From contig JAJAZE010000316.1 of NCBI GenBank assembly GCA_026785925.1, positions 1-41,684 on the forward strand: a stretch of DNA of 41,684 nt, read 5' to 3'. A program made the translations under genes and the position numbers. The DNA is from Pyrinomonadaceae bacterium. GTDB lineage: Bacteria > Acidobacteriota > Blastocatellia > Pyrinomonadales > Pyrinomonadaceae. Positions within the stretch are counted from its first letter, which is position 1. Each line of letters starts with the position of its first letter. The notes under the pieces were generated by a model, which ran no database searches, was not told where the DNA came from, and worked only from the letters and a program-made list of their open reading frames with translations. Of the stretch, positions 35,184 through 41,684 are shown piece by piece.

Positions 35184-37078
35184 CATTTTCTCAGACGCGC
35201 TTCGACGTTGTTGGCTTTCAGTGAATTTCCGGTTGCTCTCTGCAAATCGGCAATTGATTTATTCAGTTCGGTTTGGGCGCGAAGCTCACTGCTTCTGGCG
35301 ACGGTTAAAGCCGTCTGGCGTTCGAGAACTTTGTAAATGTCCGTCTGTCCTTCATCGAATTTGCGCTGTTCGGATTCGTATTGTTTGACCGAATTTTCTC
35401 GCGCAATCGCCGCACTTCTTAACCTTGCTTCGGCAGTGCGGACAAATTGCAGGGCGTTTCGAACATCAACCTGAATGTTTTGCTCGATTTGCTCGCGCTG
35501 CGTTTTTATTTTTTCGCCTTCGACCAGCGATTTGCCGAGTTGCGCTTTGGTGGTTTTGTCGCCGAACAGCGGCAGATTGAACTGTACGCCGACGCGGTAA
35601 GTCGGATAACGATTTGCCAGCAGATTGCCCAACGCCGCGCCGTAACCGCCGATTAAATTGTCGGGCAGGCGCGGCGCGGGCGTTGCCGGAATGATCGGAA
35701 TCGGCGGCAGAGACGGATTCACCTGCGCGTAAAGCGTATTGACGCGCCCGATCACCGTGTTGAGCGTCTGCGTCGTATTCGTCGAACCGATTGGATTAAC
35801 CGCGCCCGAATTAAAAGTTCCCGCCGCGCCGGTCAGCGTGTAATTGGCGATCAAATCAATTTGCGGCTTCGTCTGCTCGCGGAAAAATTTCTGGTCAATC
35901 GCGTTAATGTCTTTCTGCGTTCGATTCAGTTCGAGTTCGGGACGATTGGCGAGCGCGGCTTGCAGAGCTTCGTTTAAAGTCGTGTTCGGCGCATCCAAAT
36001 CAACCGGGTCAACCGGCGTAATCGCTTCGCTCCAGAGCGCGTCGTCTTTGTTTTGGGCAATCAAATTTTTAAGAGTGTTTTCCGCTTGCCCGACCGTGTT
36101 GAGCGCGTCATAGACGGCTTGCTCGAAATTGGCGACCTGCGTTTCGGCGGCGACAATATCAATCGGCGCAAGTTGTCCTTCTTCGACCAGACGGCGATTG
36201 TGTTCGAGTTGGTCTTTTGCGTCTTTGACCGAATCGCGCTGCACCTGCAAATTCCGCAGCGCGTAAGTCAAATCCCAATAAGCCCTCTGGACGCTGGCAA
36301 TAACTTCAATCGAACGCTGCCGAAACTGCGTGTCGGTCAAACTCAAGTTGCGCTTGGCGATTTCAATCGTGCGGCGATTTTGGTCAAACTTGCGTCCACG
36401 TAAAAGCGGCTGCGTGAATTGAAACCGCAGATTCTGCGTATAAGTCGGATTAACCGCCGAAAAAACATTGTTCGTCGCGCCGCGTGAACTGTCGGTCTGC
36501 ACGGCAAATCTGCCGCCGGTTTGCCGGATATTGCCGTCCAAACCGACGTTGCCGACCAAGCCCGAAGTCGTCAAAGAGCCGTCGGAGCCGCCGCCGAAAA
36601 AGCTGAAGACCGGAACTTTAGCGTGTTCGTAATAAGTTTGTCCGGTAAAATGCGGTTCGTAAAAACCGCGCGCCGCCTGCAAATCAAACTCCGCGCCGCG
36701 CACGTTCTGGCGCGTCACTTCGATGTCTTTGTTGTTTTCCAAAGCGAGCGTAATCGCTTCGCGCAAAGTCAGTGGTCGCTGTGCCATCATATCCACGCCG
36801 ACGCGACCGAGTTCGGGCAGCGTTTTATCGTTCGATTGATAATTCGGCGCGATTGCCGGAACGCCGCTCAGATTTTCCGGCTGAACCTGTTGCGCGTCGG
36901 TCGGCTTGTTTTCGACGGTCGGCAAATTGTCTTTGTTCTCAATCATCGGTGTCGGCGTTGCGGTCGGCGCGACCACGACTGTCTGCGCCCGCGCTTCGCC
37001 GGAAATCAAAAAAGCAGATAAAACCAGACTCAAACCGGACAGTATGAAATTAAATTTGAAAGATAATTGCTCATTCAT
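35183..37078 (-). CDS. TolC-family outer-membrane efflux protein with an extended N-terminal linker
   Basis: Signal peptide FNFILSGLSLVLSAFLISGEARAQ. Two OEP repeats (LTLREAITLALENNKDIE...; ...LNEALQAALANRPELE...). Start placed at ATG 37076-37078. Confidence 0.85.
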   Translation of the reverse strand: MNEQLSFKFNFILSGLSLVLSAFLISGEARAQTVVVAPTATPTPMIENKDNLPTVENKPTDAQQVQPENLSGVPAIAPNYQSNDKTLPELGRVGVDMMAQRPLTLREAITLALENNKDIEVTRQNVRGAEFDLQAARGFYEPHFTGQTYYEHAKVPVFSFFGGGSDGSLTTSGLVGNVGLDGNIRQTGGRFAVQTDSSRGATNNVFSAVNPTYTQNLRFQFTQPLLRGRKFDQNRRTIEIAKRNLSLTDTQFRQRSIEVIASVQRAYWDLTYALRNLQVQRDSVKDAKDQLEHNRRLVEEGQLAPIDIVAAETQVANFEQAVYDALNTVGQAENTLKNLIAQNKDDALWSEAITPVDPVDLDAPNTTLNEALQAALANRPELELNRTQKDINAIDQKFFREQTKPQIDLIANYTLTGAAGTFNSGAVNPIGSTNTTQTLNTVIGRVNTLYAQVNPSLPPIPIIPATPAPRLPDNLIGGYGAALGNLLANRYPTYRVGVQFNLPLFGDKTTKAQLGKSLVEGEKIKTQREQIEQNIQVDVRNALQFVRTAEARLRSAAIARENSVKQYESEQRKFDEGQTDIYKVLERQTALTVARSSELRAQTELNKSIADLQRATGNSLKANNVEARLRK

Positions 37079-37097
37079 AATACTTTCCAAAAACCGA

Positions 37098-37115
37098 TAA
37101 GTAAGCACTTACTTA
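37098..37115. repeat. Short AAGTAAG/CTTACTT palindrome upstream of the TolC-like gene
   Basis: TAAGTAAG-CA-CTTACTTA. It shares the AAGT core of the 8.8, 10.9 and 35.1 kb arrays. Confidence 0.5.
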
Positions 37116-37258
37116 CTTTATATTTTGTCTCATTTTCAAAGACTCAAGTCAAATTCAGACTGTCAGAAAACCTTATGTCAATAAACACTTTCCAGATTGA
37201 GCGCGAAACCGTCGAATCTGTCCGCGAACGAATCGTTCAAGACGATAATTTTTTTGAA

Positions 37259-38395
37259 TCAGTCGCCCGTCGAAATAAATGCGTCAACGCGCAAACCCAA
37301 AGGCAATTTTTGATTCGGCTCCAACTCAAGTAAAACTTCCAAAATCTTCGTGTCAACCTTTTCGGTCGGGCGTTCGGTGCGAAAGTTTTTTCTGCCGAGA
37401 ATTCGTCCGATTTTGACGACTCGCGCCGCGAATTTCTGCTCGCCGAAAGCGTCTGCCGTGACATAAGCCGTTTGATTTTCGCGGACTTTAGCGACATCGG
37501 TTTCGTCCAAATCCACGCGGACGCGCAACTTGGAGGTGTCGGCAATCGTGACGATTCCGGTCGGATTTTCCGGCGAAACCGATTCGCCGTCTTTCAAACG
37601 CTTTCTGAGAACTATGCCGGAAATCGGAGCGCGGACGATGGTTTTCGCCAGATTTGCTTCCGCCGTGCGAACTCGCGTTTCGGCTTCGCTGATTGAAGCG
37701 TCGAATTCACGGGTGTTTGCTTCGGCGAGATGAATCGCGGCATCGGCTCGCGCTAAATCATCCATACGCGCTTCGGCGTTGACGACGTTGTATTTTTCTT
37801 TGACCGTCTGGCTTTGCTTTTGCGCGTTCTCGAAAGCGTTGGCGGCGCGTTCGAGTTCTTCGCGCGAAACGTCGCCGGTCTGGTGTAGTTTTCGGCGGCG
37901 TTCGAGTTCGCGCCGGGCGTTTTCGACGTTCGGCAAAGTTTGCTCAAAATCGGCTCGCGCCTCGCGCCGTTCTTCGGTTCGTGCGCCGTTGGCGATGCGC
38001 TGTCGTTCGGCGGCGGCTTGCCCGACTCGCGCCCGCGCCGTTTCCCGTCCGCTTTGCAAAGTTTCGATGTTTGCCCGCGCTGTGCGAATCTGCGCTTCAA
38101 AGTCGGAGTTTTCGAGAACGGCAATTGTTTGACCTTTGACAACTTCGTCACCTTCTTCGACCAAAACGCTTCGCAATTTCCCGGCGATTTCCGTCCCGAC
38201 TTCGATTTCTTCAGAAATCGCTTCGACCACTCCGGGCGCGGCGACTACACTTTTCGCCGTAGTTTTTTGTTCGGTTTTTTCCTTTTCCGCCGAAACTTTC
38301 TGCTCGACCTGCGCCGGACTAAACCAGAGAAAATAGCCGAGCGAAAAAGCAATCAAAACAGATGCGATTGCCGATAAAATAATTGTTCGTTTCAT
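37259..38395 (-). CDS. HlyD/MacA-family periplasmic adaptor (membrane fusion protein)
   Basis: N-terminal TM segment, lipoyl-like VKGQTIAVLE, a long coiled-coil (about residues 100-250), and a beta-barrel C-terminus. ATG 38395 is preceded by GAGGTG. Confidence 0.85.
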   Translation of the reverse strand: MKRTIILSAIASVLIAFSLGYFLWFSPAQVEQKVSAEKEKTEQKTTAKSVVAAPGVVEAISEEIEVGTEIAGKLRSVLVEEGDEVVKGQTIAVLENSDFEAQIRTARANIETLQSGRETARARVGQAAAERQRIANGARTEERREARADFEQTLPNVENARRELERRRKLHQTGDVSREELERAANAFENAQKQSQTVKEKYNVVNAEARMDDLARADAAIHLAEANTREFDASISEAETRVRTAEANLAKTIVRAPISGIVLRKRLKDGESVSPENPTGIVTIADTSKLRVRVDLDETDVAKVRENQTAYVTADAFGEQKFAARVVKIGRILGRKNFRTERPTEKVDTKILEVLLELEPNQKLPLGLRVDAFISTGD

Positions 38396-38409
38396 ATACA
38401 CCTCAAATT

Positions 38410-39159
38410 TCACGCGGTTTGCGGAATATTTACCGAAGCCGAAGGCACTGCCATCCAGGTCGCGGCATCGGTTTGTTCATTTGACTCATCCTTTGAAATT
38501 CTGCCGTCTTCGATTTTCACGATGCGGTCAGCGTAATCGAAAATGCGGTTGTCGTGCGTTACGACGACGATAGCGCGGTTTTGTTCGTGCGCGAGTTCCT
38601 GCAACAAATCCATAATCAATCTGCCTGACTCGGAATCGAGCGCGGCGGTCGGCTCGTCTGCCAGGATAATCGGCGGTTCTCCGGCGAGTGCGCGGGCGAT
38701 GGCGACGCGCTGTTTTTGTCCGCCCGATAAATCTGCCGGAAAGGTTTTCAGTTTTTCCTTCAAGCCGACTCGTTCGAGCAATTCGGCGGCGCGTTTTTTA
38801 GCTTTTCCGCCGCGCACGCCTTTCAAATCAAGAGCGATTTCGACATTTTCCTGAGTCGTCAGCGCGGGGAAAAGATTAAAACCCTGAAAAATAAACCCGA
38901 TATTTTCGAGCCGGATTTTCGGCAGTTTCGATTGCGGCAGTCCGACGATTTCCCGTCCGCGAATTACACAATTCCCCGAAGTCGCCGACAAAATTCCGCC
39001 GACAATCGAAATCAAAGTCGTTTTGCCCGAACCACTCGCGCCGAGCAGCAAAAGCAGTTCGCTTTCAAACACATCGAGGTCAACGCCTTTGAGTGCGTGA
39101 ACCGCCGTCTCGCCCGCGCCGTAGGTTTTTACCAAATTTACAACTTCGATTGCTTTCAT
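38410..39159 (-). CDS. ABC transporter ATP-binding protein (MacB/DevA/LolD-like)
   Basis: Walker A GASGSGKTT, signature LSGGQKQRVAIARAL, Walker B ILADEPT, H-loop VTHD. Confidence 0.92.
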   Translation of the reverse strand: MKAIEVVNLVKTYGAGETAVHALKGVDLDVFESELLLLLGASGSGKTTLISIVGGILSATSGNCVIRGREIVGLPQSKLPKIRLENIGFIFQGFNLFPALTTQENVEIALDLKGVRGGKAKKRAAELLERVGLKEKLKTFPADLSGGQKQRVAIARALAGEPPIILADEPTAALDSESGRLIMDLLQELAHEQNRAIVVVTHDNRIFDYADRIVKIEDGRISKDESNEQTDAATWMAVPSASVNIPQTA

Positions 39160-39164
39160 AATTT

Positions 39165-40295
39165 TTAACCTTTAAAAACCATCGCCGGATCAATCGTCGT
39201 CGCTTTGCGAATCGCCACGACGCTCGAGCCGCAGCACATTAAAATCGTCAAAACGAACAACGCCAGGACGAGTTGCCAATTAACGATAATCGCTAAAGTT
39301 CCTTCCAGACTGATTCTCGAAATGACGAGCGAAACGCTGATGCCGATGACAAACGCAATCAAACCGCTGACAATCGCCTGCGTGATAATAATTCGGTAAA
39401 GATAAAAATTCGTCGCGCCCATCGCCTTCAAAGTTCCGTATTCGCGGATGTGGTCAACCGTCGCGCTGTAAATCGTCTGCGCGACAATCACGATGCCGAC
39501 GATAATCGCCAGAGCCGCCGCGACCAGCACCGTAATTCCCGCGCCCGTGCCGATGACCCAATATATGCCTTGCCGGTAAACGAGTTCCGAGCGCGTCAAC
39601 ACCTCGACGTTTTCGAGTTTGGCGGCGATTTCACTTTTGAGTTCGTCCAGATTTTTCCCCTCAACGGCTTTAATAACGATGTAGAGCGTTTCGTCTTCGC
39701 GCATATTCAGAAAACTCTGCGCGTTTTTGAAACTCGTAAAAACCGCCGGCTGCGAGGTGAAAATCCTGATGCCTTTGGTAAATCCGGCGACGCGGGCGCG
39801 GCGTTTGTTGAGTTCGACGACCTGCCCGATTTTGGTGATGCCGAGTTTGCTTTCGGCGTAAAGTTTATCCACGAAAATCGCGTCAGGCTTTTTCAAATCC
39901 TCTAAACTACCTTCGACGATGTTCCACGCGCCGCCCATTCCGCCGTCCAAATCCGAACCGACGAGCGTGATGCCTTCATCCGAACCGTCGGACTTTTTCA
40001 TCTGCGCTCCCAACGAAACGATTTGTTTTTCAGCGCGTTCGATGCCTTTGATTTCGACGATTTTATACAGATTGCTTTCGGAAAATTCCACGCCCTGCTC
40101 GACGTGCGTGACATTCTGCGAAACAATCCATAAATCGGCGTTCGATTTGCCGACAATATCAGTCGAAGCGGCAATAAAGCCCTGAAAAATACCGAGTTGC
40201 ACAGCAGTTAGAATCACCGAAAAAACAATGCCGGTCAGCGTCACGACGAGCCGCACTTTTTCGTGAAATAAATTTTTAATCGCTAAAGAAGCCAT
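39165..40295 (-). CDS. ABC transporter permease, FtsX/MacB-type (DevC-like)
   Basis: One N-terminal TM segment, a periplasmic domain of about 200 aa, and three C-terminal TM segments (FtsX fold). 376 aa. Confidence 0.88.
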   Translation of the reverse strand: MASLAIKNLFHEKVRLVVTLTGIVFSVILTAVQLGIFQGFIAASTDIVGKSNADLWIVSQNVTHVEQGVEFSESNLYKIVEIKGIERAEKQIVSLGAQMKKSDGSDEGITLVGSDLDGGMGGAWNIVEGSLEDLKKPDAIFVDKLYAESKLGITKIGQVVELNKRRARVAGFTKGIRIFTSQPAVFTSFKNAQSFLNMREDETLYIVIKAVEGKNLDELKSEIAAKLENVEVLTRSELVYRQGIYWVIGTGAGITVLVAAALAIIVGIVIVAQTIYSATVDHIREYGTLKAMGATNFYLYRIIITQAIVSGLIAFVIGISVSLVISRISLEGTLAIIVNWQLVLALFVLTILMCCGSSVVAIRKATTIDPAMVFKG

Positions 40296-40354
40296 CTTTT
40301 AACTCTAAATTTTCTTTCGTAACGGATTAAATCAAAGTTACAAAGTTATAACTA

Positions 40355-40367
40355 TTAACGGTGTTAA
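40355..40367. promoter_or_regulatory. Candidate TetR operator upstream of the ABC exporter operon
   Basis: Palindrome TTAAC-GGT-GTTAA, 60 nt upstream of the permease start. Near-identical to the palindrome at 41005-41017. Confidence 0.4.
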
Positions 40368-40385
40368 GCGCGACGGCAAAAAAAT

Positions 40386-40997
40386 TTACTCGCGCAAACC
40401 TTTAATCATCGTTTCGACGAGTTCGCCGACTAATTTATCTTTTTCAACAAACGGAAAATCCAGATGATTGTTGAGCAGGGAAACGACTCCGTGAATGCCC
40501 GCCCAAAGCACTTGGCTCATCGCGTCAACGTCGCCTTTTTTCAACTTTCCCGCCTGGACACACGCCGAAACCTGCGACCGCAAATAATCGAATGTGCGCT
40601 GTCCCATCGAACCTTCATACTTGTATTCGTCGTCGTGCGGCTGATTAAAAATCGGCATATTGAAAACGACTTCGTAATGATTCGGATGTTCCAAACCGAA
40701 ATTCACATATGCGTGTAAACCTTTTTTCAAAGACTCGATTTCGTCAATTTCCGGTTCGGAAATTTCGCGGATTTGTTCGCCGAGTTTGGCAAAAGTCTCT
40801 TCACAAATGAATTTCAAAAGCTCGTTTTTGTCTTTGAAATAAAGATAAATCGTCGTCGGGCTGTATTCGATTTTTTCCGCGATTTTCCGCATCGAAACAT
40901 TCGCGTAACCTTCCTGCGCGAAAAGTTCGCTCGCCGCGTCGAAGATTTCCTGCCGCAGATTTTCTTTTTGTCTTTCTTTTCGCTCTTTAACGCCCAT
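40386..40997 (-). CDS. TetR/AcrR family transcriptional regulator
   Basis: N-terminal HTH (SMRKIAEKIEYSPTTIYLYFKDKNEL) plus a helical ligand-binding domain. 203 aa. Confidence 0.9.
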   Translation of the reverse strand: MGVKERKERQKENLRQEIFDAASELFAQEGYANVSMRKIAEKIEYSPTTIYLYFKDKNELLKFICEETFAKLGEQIREISEPEIDEIESLKKGLHAYVNFGLEHPNHYEVVFNMPIFNQPHDDEYKYEGSMGQRTFDYLRSQVSACVQAGKLKKGDVDAMSQVLWAGIHGVVSLLNNHLDFPFVEKDKLVGELVETMIKGLRE

Positions 40998-41004
40998 ATA
41001 AAAA

Positions 41005-41017
41005 TTAACACTGTTAA
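41005..41017. promoter_or_regulatory. Candidate TetR autoregulatory operator
   Basis: Palindrome TTAACA-C-TGTTAA, 8 nt upstream of the tetR ATG. Confidence 0.45.
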
Positions 41018-41035
41018 GTTAGCAAACAACAAAAA

Positions 41036-41065
41036 GCCTTGTCAAGCGAATTTTCCTGACAAGGC
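41036..41065 (-). terminator. Intrinsic terminator after the RND gene
   Basis: GCCTTGTCA (41036-41044) / TGACAAGGC (41057-41065). The minus-strand transcript continues with TTTTTGTTG. Confidence 0.7.
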
Positions 41066-41092
41066 AATTTCTTACTTTTATTTTATCGTTTC

Positions 41093-41684
41093 CTATTTCG
41101 TGTTAAAAAGGGAACTCGTCGCCGTCGCAAATTTTCGCTTTAATCCGCCGAACGTCCGCGATGAGAAATTATTCAGACGGCTGAAAATTTTCCATTCGAT
41201 CACATCATCAAAGAGCGAATAAAAAACCGGAACCGCCAGCAGCGTCAGAAGCAAACACAACGATTGCCCGCCGACCACCAGTACGCCGATTGAGCGATTC
41301 GTTCCCGCGCCCGCGCCGGTCGAGACGACGAGCGGAATCATTCCGGCGACAAGCGCAATCGTCGTCATCAAAATCGGTCGTAGACGGTCGCGGTTCGCTT
41401 GGATAATCGCGTCGTAGCGCGACATTCCGCGCTCGCGCAAAGTGTTCGTGTGGTCAATCTGCAAAATCGCGTTTTTCTTCACCACGCCGAACAAAAGCAA
41501 TAAACCTAAACCCGAAAAAATGTTCACGGTTTGTCCCATCACGAGCAGGCTGACGATGCCGAACGGAATCGAAAGCGGCAAGGTCAGCAGAATCGTAATC
41601 GGATGGATGAACGATTCAAACTGCGCCGCCAGCACGATATACATAAAAATAAACGACAGAGAAATGGCGAGCGCGAAATAAAAC
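41093..41684 (-). CDS. RND (AcrB/HAE1-type) efflux permease, C-terminal part (gene continues past the window end)
   Basis: [61 protein letters not shown]. The frame stays open to position 41684. Confidence 0.9.
   Translation of the reverse strand, partial: FYFALAISLSFIFMYIVLAAQFESFIHPITILLTLPLSIPFGIVSLLVMGQTVNIFSGLGLLLLFGVVKKNAILQIDHTNTLRERGMSRYDAIIQANRDRLRPILMTTIALVAGMIPLVVSTGAGAGTNRSIGVLVVGGQSLCLLLTLLAVPVFYSLFDDVIEWKIFSRLNNFSSRTFGGLKRKFATATSSLFNTK

Noticed and set aside
1-41684. tRNA, rRNA, integrase, transposase, reverse transcriptase, restriction or cas genes
   Set aside because: None was recognised in any frame by eye. Absence of small RNAs cannot be proven without covariance-model scans.

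Overview
About 42 kb of bacterial chromosome with dense housekeeping and envelope genes. Gene content (futalosine-type menaquinone genes, TolC/RND/MacB-type efflux, ECF sigma modules) points to a diderm, non-cyanobacterial organism. Acidobacteriota-like is only my guess and cannot be verified here. Calls come from motifs read in the supplied translations; no database search was possible. Left to right: dcd; an ECF sigma / anti-sigma / 2x DUF4097 operon; comM/yifB; an acyl-CoA synthetase; a divergent pair of a soluble zf-HC2 protein and an atypical sigma-like protein; a polysaccharide locus (O-antigen-ligase-like, GT2, flippase, asnB, heparinase II/III-like); a MATE exporter; clpS and clpA separated by a BrnT/BrnA-like toxin-antitoxin pair and a pentapeptide-repeat gene; a glucose-dehydrogenase-like gene; katE; a cofactor cluster (mqn, methyltransferase, ubiX, larB, nadB); and an efflux supercluster (RND, tetR, ABC permease/ATPase/HlyD/TolC). 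The most unusual signals are non-genic. (1) Gene-end hairpins are built from tandem 7-nt (once 9-nt) units whose sequence differs between loci, and similar arrays sit in frame inside nadB and at the wzx/asnB junction. (2) Two families of long nested-palindrome (MITE-like) elements are present. (3) A low-GC TA + pentapeptide-repeat cassette is embedded in the clpS-clpA operon. No rRNA, tRNA, CRISPR array, transposase or integrase was recognised.
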